DNA of 64,000 nt from Rhynchopus sp. YZ270_cl-10 (GCA_964035575.1 OZ037843.1:868001-932000); one strand, 5' to 3'. Positions 44,143 to 56,215 are shown, numbered from the stretch's first letter. Notes: generated by a model from the letters alone, not told the origin. Numbers and translations: made by a program.

Positions 44143-44647
44143 TTGTGTTGCTGTGGTCGCGATGCTGTGTGCAGTTTTCAAGCGAAGCTCCTGATCTTAG
44201 AAACCCCCCCCTTTGTTCTTTATACACTTGGTTATGTCTTCAGGGTTTTTGAACTGAGTTTCGGGAAGAAACCTTTATTATGTTGTTCTTTTTACGGTCA
44301 GAAAGCACTTCAGTTATTTTGTGCACTCAAGTCTTGAAAGCGTTGCCCCTATGGTACGGGGTGTATTTGCCGTAGCAGTGGGTTTACTGTCACTTCATAT
44401 CAATCCTTTCTGTATGGGTTGGAACTCGAACATCTTCTGTGTCTGAGGTTCGTTACTTCATAAATGGCATTGGTATCTTTTTGAGATTAGTCAGGCATGT
44501 CCTGTGTTGGTGAAGATGTGTGTTGAGTGCTAGCCTCAGGGTGAGGATGCTACGGCTGTGTGTCGGTTGTGTCTTTGGTACGAAACTCCTTTAGAAAGAT
44601 GTGTGTGCACGAGAGGCACATTCACCGTGCTTTCTTTTTTCAACTTA

Positions 44648-45869
44648 GGGTACTCACACTTTTTCTTTTGTTTCTTGTCCTTGGGTTTCCCAAAAATCCG
44701 AGCGGGCGGGCGGGAAAAAAAAAGTGAAGCAAAAAAAAAAAAAGTGGAGGAAAAAAAAAGTGAAGGGGGAAAAAAAACCTGTGGCATGGCTGAGTGCGGT
44801 ATTTTTCCGCCCAAGAGGGCGTTTTGTTGCAGTTCCGAGCCAATCCCGGCTTGTGGTGGGGGATATTCGGAAAAATGGACAAAATTTCAGTGACTTAAAT
44901 TTTCGCAAAATATGAACCCATACTCGTAAACAAGGGTCATTTTCAGTCTAATTCTGGAAATTTTCCGGAAAATTCGGAAAATTCCGACATTTGGAAGCAA
45001 TTTTTTCCCCTGAAAAAAGTGGGTGTTCAGCCCCAAAACGTACCACGGGTTTGTGGCATTTCCGGAACCCATCCGCGCTGTGGTGGCCAGGGTGGGGTCA
45101 CTTTACCGAAATGGCCAAATTCTTGGTTTTGGTCAAAATCCATGTAGGGAAATCCCAAATCCAGATTTTCTCTCCCTGATCCTCGGCGTCTGAAAATACG
45201 AAAGTGCCCGAAAACACCGGCATTTGCATTTCCGGAATCCGTCCGTTGTGTGGTGGGGTCAATTTGCCAAAATGGACAAGTTTTTGGTTTTGGTCAAAAC
45301 CCGTCAGTGTAAGGTAAAGGGGAGCCGAGTGTTCGCCTGTAGAACTGGTAGAAAACAGGCAGCGCCGCAGGCGCACGTTACCAACCTTTTTTACTCGTGC
45401 CATTTTCTATTGATTGCACGAGCCGATTGCCCTCCACCGTGGGGCTCAGATTGGAGCGTGCAGTTCTCTACCTTGTGGGGATGTTGCAGTAGTCAGCAAC
45501 ACAGCGCCGCAGGCGCACGGTACGCTACTTTTTTCCTTTTTTGAAAACTTGGTTGTATTAGTGTAGACACCCGAGGATGAACTCCACTACTTGCCCGGCT
45601 ACAACGTGCCAAATGCTCTGGTCGCATGACCACGGGTGGTCATCTACAACCTCCAAACCCCATTTTTCTCGGGGGTCACCATGTACCCCCGAACCCTGTG
45701 AAAATCTGGAGTTTTCTGGAAAAAATAATGGGGTGGGCATGGTCCCACCCCGGTCCACCTTGGCGGAAACCCTGTACACTTTTTTTTTTTGCCCACTTTT
45801 TTTTTTTTTTCCTCCCTGAAAAATCCGAGCGGGCGGGGACAAGAAACAAAAGAAAAAGTGAGAGTACCC
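44648..45869. mobile_element. PIF/Harbinger-type MITE with internal insertions
   Basis: TIR gggtactc.cactttttcttttgtttcttgtcc, 3-bp TSD TTA. Confidence 0.8.
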
Positions 45870-47158
45870 TTACCTTCCTTCACCCCCCTGTAAGGGTAAC
45901 CGTAGGTGAAGTAAGGTATAGTATTGAAATCGATGTGGGGGGGGGAAAGGGTCAATTTTACAAAACCAGATTTTGAGGAAAATTTTAGCTGAAAATGGGC
46001 CCCACGTATAAGCAACCGGGCTCATATTTCTCAAAATTTAAGTAGTCAAAAAATTGTCCAATTTTCGAGATTGACCCCACCACTGCACGGGCGGAGCCCA
46101 AAAATGCAAATAAGGACCCTTTTTAATTTGTTCTCTTGAAATGTATAATTTCATGTTTTCGCGAAAAAAATTACAACTGATCCCTACAAGGGTTGAAGGA
46201 AGGTGGTTGAAAACAACAGTAACAACAAGGACAAGTAATTGCTAAGGAAAAACGGGTGTGCTGTGGAAAACTCCGCGCGATTTTCGAAACCACCGTAGCA
46301 TCCTGGCGATTTGCTGGAGGTGCTGATGTGCCTGGTGTGATCGATGTGTTGTAGTCTGTGCATTCTGTGTTCCTTCCGCACTGCTCCAACGACGACGACA
46401 ATGTGGGGAGCCTGTGGACAAAAACGAGCTGGAACACGCCGAGCCTGCCGAGCCGACGTCCAACAACGCTGTCGAGCAGATGGTGCTGGACGAAGAGGAC
46501 AGCCCCCCCCTTCTTGAACGTTTCAGATGCTGGCGACAGTGGGTCTGGCAGCTTACGAAGAGCGTTAGCATACCTGCAGAAGAGCAGAATGCTGGGCGTA
46601 TTGTAGATTATTTCTACAGGATGGAGTTCCACATCACACCCCGTTTTTTTTCCGATAGCAATTACTTGTTTTTTTTTTTTTTTATATGCGTAGCAGGGCC
46701 TTTTCTAAGTCCATGGGCCCATGGCACCCCTCCGAAAACACACTTTTTTTCTGTACAAATGCCACACGTAAAAAAAATATTTTTCTGTACAAATGCCACA
46801 CAGGGCGCGCGCTAAATCCACACCCTCACACCCGGTTTTTTCGAGGTTTTTTCGCGGTACAAAAATTTTTTGATTACACGATTTCCTTAAGAAAATCAGA
46901 GAATCCCATATTGTACAGTAAGGGCACTTCAGATAGTTTTTGGACACACATGTGACCCCACCGTGGAGAGCAATCGGCTCGCACAATCAAAAGAAAGCAG
47001 AGAAAAAGGGAAAGAAAAAAGAAAAAGTTGGGTACCGTGCGCCTGCGGCGCTGCCTGTTCCCTACCCCCCCATGATGTACTTATGTATATTCCACCTGAT
47101 TTTGACCATGTTTGCCGGTGTTTGCCGGTGTTTTCCGGTGTTTGCCGGTGAAGTCACG

Positions 47159-48193
47159 GTACTGTGTACTGTGTACTGTGTACTGTGTACTGTGTACTGT
47201 GTACTGTGTACTGTGTACTGTGTACTGTGTACTGTGTACTGTGTACTGTGTACTGTGTACTGTGTACTGTGTACTGTGTACTGTGTACTGTGTACTGTGT
47301 ACTGTGTACTGTGTACTGTGTACTGTGTACTGTGTACTGTGTACTGTGTACTGTGTACTGTGTACTGTGTACTGTGTACTGTGTACTGTGTACTGTGTAC
47401 TGTGTACTGTGTACTGTGTACTGTGTACTGTGTACTGTGTACTGTGTACTGTGTACTGTGTACTGTGTACTGTGTACTGTGTACTGTGTACTGTGTACTG
47501 TGTACTGTGTACTGTGTACTGTGTACTGTGTACTGTGTACTGTGTACTGTGTACTGTGTACTGTGTACTGTGTACTGTGTACTGTGTACTGTGTACTGTG
47601 TACTGTGTACTGTGTACTGTGTACTGTGTACTGTGTACTGTGTACTGTGTACTGTGTACTGTGTACTGTGTACTGTGTACTGTGTACTGTGTACTGTGTA
47701 CTGTGTACTGTGTACTGTGTACTGTGTACTGTGTACTGTGTACTGTGTACTGTGTACTGTGTACTGTGTACTGTGTACTGTGTACTGTGTACTGTGTACT
47801 GTGTACTGTGTACTGTGTACTGTGTACTGTGTACTGTGTACTGTGTACTGTGTACTGTGTACTGTGTACTGTGTACTGTGTACTGTGTACTGTGTACTGT
47901 GTACTGTGTACTGTGTACTGTGTACTGTGTACTGTGTACTGTGTACTGTGTACTGTGTACTGTGTACTGTGTACTGTGTACTGTGTACTGTGTACTGTGT
48001 ACTGTGTACTGTGTACTGTGTACTGTGTACTGTGTACTGTGTACTGTGTACTGTGTACTGTGTACTGTGTACTGTGTACTGTGTACTGTGTACTGTGTAC
48101 TGTGTACTGTGTACTGGGTACTGTGTACTGTGTACTGTGTACTGTGTACTGTGTACTGTGTACTGTGTACTGTGTACTGTGTACTGTGTACTG
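47159..48193. repeat. (GTACTGT)n tandem array, ~148 units
   Basis: Nearly perfect 7-mer array with one variant unit near 48117. Confidence 0.98.
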
Positions 48194-48569
48194 GCTGTCC
48201 GAAAGACCTGAAAATGACCCTTGTTTACGAGTATGGGTTCATATTTTGTGAAAATTTAAGTCACCAAAATTTTGTCCATTTTTCCGTATATCCCCCACCA
48301 CAGCCCGGGATTTTCTCGGAAATGTAACATGACCCTGATTTTTCTGCCCCCCTTCACATACTTCCTGTAGGTACATTTTTTTGGACCCGATATCCATTTT
48401 TTCGGGAAATTTCCGAAAAGTTAGCGCGCGCCCTGATGCCACAGGCAAAATATTTTTTCTGTACTTTTGCCACATGGGAGGTGGGGGGGGTGGGGGTGGG
48501 GGGCGGAGCCCCCACCCACCGGCCCCCAAAAAAAATTCTTTAAAAAAAAAGGAAAAAAAAGAAGAAAGA

Positions 48570-48910
48570 AAGTGACGAGAGTAAATAGTAAGTTACTGTT
48601 ACACGAGCACGTGTTAGAGTGGATCAACCAACACAAGCGGACGCAGGATGAGAGGTTGGTGCATACATTTGTCTCGCAGAAGAGTTACTTGTGAGCAGCC
48701 CCTCCAGCGTTGAAGTGGAACGGTTGTTTTCACGCATTGCCCACATTCGGAGTCCTAATCGCCGAAGCCTCAATCTCAGCACAATCGAAGATCACCTGTT
48801 TGTGAAACTTGGCACAACGCTTTTTGCTTCCACCCTACCAGCTGGTAAAGATGCGATAACAGAGATATCGGCCGAGACCATAGCCCGGATGGCTGCGTCT
48901 AAGACATTCC
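48570..48910 (+). pseudogene. hAT transposase C-terminal (dimerization) fragment
   Basis: VLEWINQH.. then, after a frame change, PSSVEVERLFS..RRSLNLSTIEDHLFVK, matching the hAT SxxxERxFS/RxxL motif. Confidence 0.75.
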
Positions 48911-49798
48911 GCTTCAAAAAGAGAGAGCCGGGCAATGCTGCGGATACGGGGGACGACAGAGAAGACGGAGGGGACGGAAGAGGACTCTACCAACACGTGG
49001 AATGGGAAACGGAGTACCCCGACTACCTGGATCTTCCAGATGCAGAGCAGCTTTCAGGTACCCAGGAGGCACCTGGGTACCTGAAAGCTGCTCTGGCCTG
49101 GGGACGGGATAGTTCACAACCGCCCCTTCTCCTATTTGGCTCATTTTTCCCCTTCTTCAACCCCCACCCCCGAAAAACCCCTCTCAAAAATATGAGGGGA
49201 GATGCCCCGCCAACGCACCGACCGGAAAGCTCGGAATGGGTTTCCGGGAGTTTTTTACGTGTGGCATTTGTACAGAAAAAAGTCATTGGCACCTCGGCCA
49301 AAATCGGGGTTTTTGGCTCAACTTAGAGCCACCCCTGATGCGTAGCTTAAAGGAGAAATAGTTCCTCAGATACGGTCCGCCAATCACCCCCTCAAACAGG
49401 GTAATTGTGCAATCAACGGAAAAACCTTTTTTCCCTTTACTGACCTATCAGAGTTACCATTTTATTTTTACTTGCACAACGGCGTGTGTGAGGATATTGA
49501 GCGCCAGGTAGGGAAATACTATGATATTGGGTTCGGTCGATCGTGCGTTTACTATCTTCCTGTCTTTCCCCCCCCATTCTCTTTCCCCCCTCCACGTTGT
49601 GTGTGATTACAGTGCATTTTACAGCGCGCTGGCTAGGTAGTGGATTTTTTCAGGTTGGGTATTTCTGCAGCAATGCGGGAGAAAAATGGGGAGGTGGATG
49701 GGGGGGTTTTTTTTTTCGAAGATATGACATGCCATGACAAGTGTGCTAAATCTCTCTCATTTTTCCATTCGCAATTTTCCCTACCCCCGGTTTTTAAA

Positions 49799-49870
49799 TA
49801 GCCCAGGCTCCTTCTGATGAGCGCGGTCACGGGGCTGAATCCTGGTCAAGGAGCAGACCGCCGAAACCAG
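49799..49870 (+). ncRNA. Hammerhead ribozyme candidate, non-circularly permuted
   Basis: CTGATGA 49814-49820, GAAA 49863-49866, GTC cleavage triplet 49845-49847, with three complementary stems abutting the core. Confidence 0.75.
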
Positions 49871-51309
49871 AAATGAACTCTTTTACCCCTCCCTTTTTTT
49901 CTTGTTTCCACAAAGGAGTGTTAGCCAAAAGGGACACAAGATAGTAAGGCTAGATACTCAACAAAGTTTAATGCAATCTTGCTTGTCGTTACCTTTTGCA
50001 GTTAACATCAAACTAAAATGCTTTTTTCGGCAAAAAAACAAAGCCAAAGCAATACAGAGAGAACCAGCCAATTTTTCAACATACAAACGATCTTTCGACC
50101 CCCCCGGTTTTTAGAATCAATAGAGAGTGTACAGTAAGACTTCTGTGGTACAAGCATTTTGTTGTGTTAATGTCCCCCTCAGCACATCGTATGTTTCGCC
50201 ATCAGTATCAGTGAACCCTTCAATCAGTTTACACTGAAACCCCACAGGGTGAGTGCGTGGCAACAAATCCCTTCATTTGATCTACACTAATGCAACCTAT
50301 GTTCAGGGCTCGAGGTGCATCTAATTATCTGGCCTCACGACCAGGGGGTGGGGGACAAAAAACAATCTACTCCCCTCCCTCCCTCATCCGCGTGTTTTCC
50401 CTCCCTCTCCCTGTCTTCTTAGGATTTCTAAACCAGGACTATTTTGTGCTACTTTCTGCTATTTTCTGCTATTTTGGGGTCGTCAGCCACACCAAGGACG
50501 GACTCAGAACCGCGACCTACAACCTTTCTAAAACGGTAAGTACCAGAGTGTCCAAGCACTCACGTAAGGCTGCCCCCGGGGGGGGAAGAATTTTTCATAA
50601 AAGCTGCTCTCAAGGGGTTCAGGACGAATGACGTCTATACCTTCCGTAGTGCAAAAGGCTTTGGCCAACATGGAGTGCAGACCCTATCAACCCCAAAGTA
50701 GGTTCTTAGGAAATTGTCGATCTACCCTGGTCTATAATCAACCAAAAACAAAGAAACCCCCCCCTCGCACAGCACTTTATTTGAATTCACCACGACTCTT
50801 TGGTCCCTATTCATGTCGGTTCTCAGTCCTCGTACTTTTTAGGGCTACGTGCTTTATATACTACTTATATGTAGTTATGTATTTTCCAAGTGGACCCGAC
50901 TACCCGATGTTTTACATCATTTTCTTTTACTTTTAATCCCACCTTTTAGCGAAAAACACTCCCACCCTCCCCAATACAGAAATCTGTTTTTGTCCCCAGA
51001 CTGCCCCCCTGTTTTGGATACGGAGTGCCTTTTGTTTTAAATAAAAAGTAATTTATTGCTTTTAGGGCAGGCTCACTTTTGTCTGTGTTTAATGCTCGGA
51101 GGGCCCAAAAATTTTCCGCGCGCGCGCGCAAGAAAAAAACATGGAACAAAAAAAACAAGAAAAAAAAAACACACACACGTTGGGGATGGAGAATCTATTA
51201 TTGGGGGTCAAATGGGTTTATGAAATTTTTGTTACGTTTTGCTTTGTGCTCTTTTTTTTTGTCTTTTTTTTTTTTTTTTTTTGGGAAAAAAAATTCTGGG
51301 ACACGACGG

Positions 51310-52684
51310 CAGGGGTCCTAACGCTGTTCTCAAAAAAAATTTAAATGGTAACTTCAAGGTCACTTCTCGTTTTTTGGGGAGGAAAAAAAAAAACTTTCCC
51401 CCCTCAGAGGCGGTATGGCAACAACACAAGTGAAGTTGAAAAGGTGCAAATCCTCGGACATACACTGGACGTTGGATCGCCGTATCATAGGGACAGGGTA
51501 CTATGGGGTGTCCCCAACCCCGGTGAAATCCGGGCGAAATCGGGTGAAATCGGGCGAAATCGGGCAAAAACAGGGTTTTTTGGCTTCTGTGAGGGTTTGG
51601 CCCAGTAAAACACCCAGAAACCGCGCTTTTCGAGATTTCCGCGCTGGGTCTGGGTGAACTAAAAAAAAAATCGGCCACTTTCGTTGAGCAGAACCCCTTT
51701 AGGTGACTCACTGTACACAGTACACAGTACACAGTACACAGTACACAGTACACAGTACACAGTACACAGTACACAGTACACAGTACACAGTACACAGTAC
51801 ACAGTACACAGTACACAGTACACAGTACACAGTACACAGTACACAGTACACAGTACACAGTACACAGTACCGCTCTTCCAGGCTGTTTCCTAATTCTGGA
51901 AATTTTCCGGAAAATTCCGACATCTGGAAGCAAATATTTTCCCTGAAAAAAAGTGGGCTCCAAAACATGCCGCGATTGGCGTTTCCGGAATCCGTCCGCG
52001 CTGTGGTGGGGTCACTTTGCCGAAATGGCCAAGTTCTTGGTTTTGGTCAAACCCCGCCCAAGCTCCCCACCGCCAACCCAAAAAAAGGAATTTTTGAAAT
52101 CCGGGCGAAATCGGGTGAAATCGGGTGAAATCGGGCGAAATCGGGTGAAATTGGGTTCAGGTGGGCCCAGGTGGGCTCTAGGGGGGCGATTGTGGGCTGG
52201 TCGCGGGACACCACATATACTAGATACATTTTTTTCTTGTGAGGCAATTTTCGCAGCGGTCTGTGTCACCGTTTTGGTTCCTGGCGAAGCCACGGTACGC
52301 AACATTTCTAAAAAATGTTGCCATAAAATGGCACTATCGTTGGTAATTATCGTAAGTTTCCGTAAATTACTTACGTATTTTGCTGAAACGAAAGTTTCTG
52401 GCGAAGCCACGGTACGCATCGCTTAAAATTGTACATGGTAGCAACCTGCGCCCTGCAGACCACTGATCTTGACAAAAAAGAAAAAAAATCCCAGACCCTC
52501 CAACGTGCTCCCGGTGTATGTTAAGTATCCGAGGTCACTTCGTGACACCGGATTTCAAAAAATATAAAAAAAGGTCACTTTTTAGGGCACTTTTCGAAGG
52601 TCACTTCGAAGTGACCTTCGAATTTCAAAAAAATAAAAAAGGTCACTTCGGAAGTGGTAAAAGTTACCACTCTTAGGACCCCTG
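51310..52684. mobile_element. hAT-type MITE containing a (CAGTACA)n array
   Basis: TIR caggggtcctaa / ttaggacccctg, exact 8-bp TSD CACGACGG. Confidence 0.85.
51713..51870. repeat. (GTACACA)n array, ~22 units; reverse complement of the 47159 satellite
   Basis: Direct reading of the sequence. Confidence 0.95.
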
Positions 52685-52782
52685 CACGACGGGTCCGAAA
52701 ATGGCAACGACGGGTCCGAAAATCATTTCACAAACATTTCACAATATTTTTGTAGGAACTTGGTGCACAAAATCACCCTCAA

Positions 52783-53328
52783 TGGGGAGATCCGGGTGCC
52801 CGCAACAACAATATTCACAAGCAATCACAAAAAAAAAATCCTCTTCACAAAAAATCACAAACAATCACAAACAAAAAATCTTATTCACACAAAATCACAC
52901 AAAATCACAAAAAATAAATCCTATTCACAAAAAATCACAAACAATCACAAAAAATCACAAAAAATCACATCCACTTTTTGTGATTTTTTGTGATTGTTTG
53001 TGATTTTTTGTGAATAGGATTTTTTTTTTGTGATTGCTTGTGATTTTTTGTGAATAGGATTTATTTTTTTGTGATTTTGTGTGATTTTTTGTGAATAAGA
53101 TTTTTTGTTTGTGATTTTTTGTGATTTTTTGTGAATAGGATTTTTTTTTTGTGATTGCTTGTGATTTTTTGTGATTTTTGTGATTTTTTGTGATTTGTTG
53201 TGAATAGAATTTTTTTTTTGTGATTTTTTGTATTTATTTTGTGTGATTTTGTGTGATTTGTTGTGATTTGTTGTGATTTTTTGTGATTTTTTGTGAATAT
53301 TGTTGTTGCGGGCACCCGGATCTCCCCA
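52783..53328. mobile_element. TGG..CCA foldback element with 5-bp TSD
   Basis: 38-bp perfect TIR tggggagatccgggtgcccgcaacaacaatattcacaa, TSD CTCAA, internal aatcacaa repeats in opposing orientation. Confidence 0.85.
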
Positions 53329-53856
53329 CTCAAGCCCCACTACTCTCTCCCTCACACCTTTTATTACTACAATGTTTTTTTTTTTTCCCATGTTTTTTTT
53401 TTTGGAATTCTCAAAATTTTCCGCGCGCGCGAGCAATAAACACAGACAAAAGTGAGCCTGCCCTTATCTATTCAAAAAAAAATATTTATTTATCAAAAAC
53501 CCCTCGCACAGCACATGTAGAGTCTGCCTTCCGTGGCACGCTTTCTATCAAAACGCCCCAAACTTTCGAATCACCAGAGACAGTGCTACCAGCGCGACTG
53601 TCGCGCGGGGGGCGCAACAAAAAATTTGTGCGCGGGACAACTCTAAAATAACTGCAAGACGTAGTTTTTTTCCTCCAAACTGCTCAGGCACCCATCAGAA
53701 ACGTGTCCAAAAGTCGAAATCTGTGTATTTGACGATTTTTGCTTCAGTAGAACTACTTTTTTGGTTTTTTTCTTTTTGTCGCGTGTCGCGCGCCACTTGT
53801 CGCGCTGGTAGCGCTGCCAGAAGGCAGGAACACACCTTTACACACCACAGTGCACA

Positions 53857-55584
53857 ATGGGCTGTCTCGAGCGTGCACTGTCGCTTGACGGGACACTGGA
53901 CACGCACAGCAGACTCATACGTAGTATTTTTTTGTTCTTCGGCTGTACATCCTGCATAGCCGCGTCTACGTTTCTTCTGGTTCAGATGCGGAGTGTACAT
54001 GGCAAGCATCTGGACATGGTGGCTTATCTTTTGGCTGTGGTGGGCGGCTTCTCCTCTGCATTAATAGTTCTGCTTAAGCACAAGCTGACCACGTTCATCA
54101 TTGTGACAGAGTCCGTACTGTACTACGTTTCGCTGCTGTTGCTGGACATAAGTTGGCGTCCTGAGTACGCAAACGCCTGGCCAATGATGGTGCTTGTGGT
54201 GGACTTTCTCTTGGTATTGCAAGTGCCCACACGGTATAGCACAATTGTCGTGGTGTGCACACTGGTGTATTTGGTCATCATCACTGCAGAAGAAACGTGG
54301 AGGTTTGGTCTGCTCGACATGCCCGGGCTCATGCCTCAAGAACATCGACGTTCCTACGTAGAGAGCATGGGTGACTGTGATGTGCTGCCCTGCAAGAAGA
54401 GCGGAGCTGTGACCCAATTAGTATTTGCAGCTTCCGTCTTCGTCATTGACTTTATTGTGACACGAGGCTTTGCACGTGGTTTCCTGAAGGAGCAGACATC
54501 AATGCAGCGCACAATCGCGACAGTGCAGGACATCGCCTCGCTCCTTGCTGGCTACGACGTGGAGAAGGTGGCGGAGCTGCTGGAGGAGCACGGTGGTGAG
54601 CTGCCTGAGGGGATGACGACAGCACTGCGGAAGTTGGAGCAGAACCTGCGTGTGTACAAGGCGTACCTCCCGCAGACGTGTCTGCCGTTTGAGGACGAGA
54701 AGGACGAATGTGTGGAACCTGGTAGTGAGCAGGATGACACTGACAGTGATGATGAAGGCACAGGGTCAGCGGCAACATCGAGCACGTCTGCTGCAGTGCA
54801 ACCCACTTCCTTCTGTCTGCAGCCGCTACTGCTCTCATCCACAAATGTAACACTGCTGACACTGAACATCAAAGACACCCTGCACCGCCTGGAGGAGGAC
54901 AGTGCACGCTTCTCCGACCTCTTCACAACTGTTCTTCTGAAGACCCTGCAGGCAACAGACAGCAGACGTGGGATGGTGGACGTCTTTGTTGGGGACAGGA
55001 TCCACTGCTCGTTCAACGCGTCGAAGCCGTGTGCGTCGCACGCAACCTCAGCACTGCACGCAGCAAGCATGCTCATGAGAGCTGGCCTGGCAGCCTCTGT
55101 GAACGTGGGTGTTGCAATGGGGACAGTGCTGCGTGGTGACATGGGTTGTGATGTGATGCGCCGCTTCAGCATGGTGGGGACACTTGTGCGTGACGTGCAC
55201 GGGATGGAACGTGCAGGACGTATGCTGGGGTGCGACGTTGTCTGCAACCGTCTTTGCTTCAGCGACGCTGAGTGCGAACACGACCTGCGTCTGCTTCCGT
55301 GCAAGGTGGAGGTTGCTCGAGACTGCGAGGCACAGGTTGTGGCTGAGCTGGTTTCGAAGAACGAAGCTATTTTGGAAACCTCAACTGCAACAGACGAGTG
55401 GATGTACCAGATAGGCGGGAAGAAGCACTGGGATTTGTACAATACAGTGGTGCGTGGGTACCTGCGTGGTGAGATCTGTGCCACGGACGTTGCGAAGGCG
55501 TGGGTGGAGGCGGGTGGGAGTGGCACACCAGCACACGCAGTTCCTTCCGGGATGTGCAGTGTTGTGTGTTCCTATCTTCGGTGA
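53857..55584 (+). CDS. 6TM pseudo-cyclase copy E (mosaic)
   Basis: Intact 575-aa ORF; N-terminal half resembles copy C, C-terminus and 3' flank resemble copies A/B. Confidence 0.8.
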   Translation: MGCLERALSLDGTLDTHSRLIRSIFLFFGCTSCIAASTFLLVQMRSVHGKHLDMVAYLLAVVGGFSSALIVLLKHKLTTFIIVTESVLYYVSLLLLDISWRPEYANAWPMMVLVVDFLLVLQVPTRYSTIVVVCTLVYLVIITAEETWRFGLLDMPGLMPQEHRRSYVESMGDCDVLPCKKSGAVTQLVFAASVFVIDFIVTRGFARGFLKEQTSMQRTIATVQDIASLLAGYDVEKVAELLEEHGGELPEGMTTALRKLEQNLRVYKAYLPQTCLPFEDEKDECVEPGSEQDDTDSDDEGTGSAATSSTSAAVQPTSFCLQPLLLSSTNVTLLTLNIKDTLHRLEEDSARFSDLFTTVLLKTLQATDSRRGMVDVFVGDRIHCSFNASKPCASHATSALHAASMLMRAGLAASVNVGVAMGTVLRGDMGCDVMRRFSMVGTLVRDVHGMERAGRMLGCDVVCNRLCFSDAECEHDLRLLPCKVEVARDCEAQVVAELVSKNEAILETSTATDEWMYQIGGKKHWDLYNTVVRGYLRGEICATDVAKAWVEAGGSGTPAHAVPSGMCSVVCSYLR

Positions 55585-56215
55585 TTGTGGTGCTGTGTCG
55601 CTATGTTGTGTGCAGTATTGCCATTTGTCTATGTGTGTCGGTGTGATAGACCGTATCCGTAACTTATCTGGGGAGCATAATATTATATTCTGGACCGCAA
55701 TCACTGTAACTTTTCGATTCTTCCGAGTCACCTCTTCTGTGTTCCAGATATGTTGTGGTAGGTGTTTTTGTGGGGGGAGTTTTGCGGGGTCTTTCCAGCA
55801 ACCCTGCCACTTCTTAACACTACCAGTGCATAGTCTTTGTCTTTCTTTTTGGGTATGCGGGACTCTCCCCTTGTCAGGGTGCTAAACGTCCCTGACCCTT
55901 CCCCATGCAAAGTTGAACCCTGGCAGGGTATATTTTTGCTGGGGCGTGGCTTCCCGATGCCACGACGGGTGCTCGCACCCAGAGCGTTAAACAGCGACAA
56001 ACGGCCAGGCCAGGACTTCGTTTCTGCTGCACCAATAGGTTACGATGTGTTGCCTGTAAGGACGTCCATACAAGAGAAGGGGTGAGTCCTTACTGTCGGT
56101 GCAGACATTAGACGCCAAGAGACATGTTGTGACCCCGCCCCCCTAGGCATAGTGTGCACGAACATTTTTGGTTCGTCGACGAACATCGACGAACAATCCC
56201 CCCCCCCCCCCCCCC

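Larger units (their letters stand above)
46694..49337 (+). mobile_element. Internally deleted hAT transposon containing a 7-bp satellite
   Basis: Exact 8-bp TSD ATGCGTAG, CAGGG..tctaagt ends, inverted subterminal tttctgtacaaatgccac repeats and a transposase remnant. Confidence 0.85.
51065..53463. mobile_element. PIF/Harbinger-type MITE hosting two nested elements
   Basis: TIR gggcaggctcacttttgtctgtgttta.tgctcg, TSD TTA. Confidence 0.85.

Noticed and set aside
47159..48193. Telomeric repeat or CRISPR array
   Set aside because: The unit is not TTAGGG-like, the array is internal to a TSD-bounded element, and there are no spacers or cas genes.
46940..48327. Three long Cys-rich ORFs (VLCTVYC repeats)
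   Set aside because: Translation of a stop-free 7-bp satellite in all frames.
50290..50760. Retroelement ORF downstream of the hammerhead candidate
   Set aside because: No RT, endonuclease or recombinase motif is recognisable by eye; the link remains untested.
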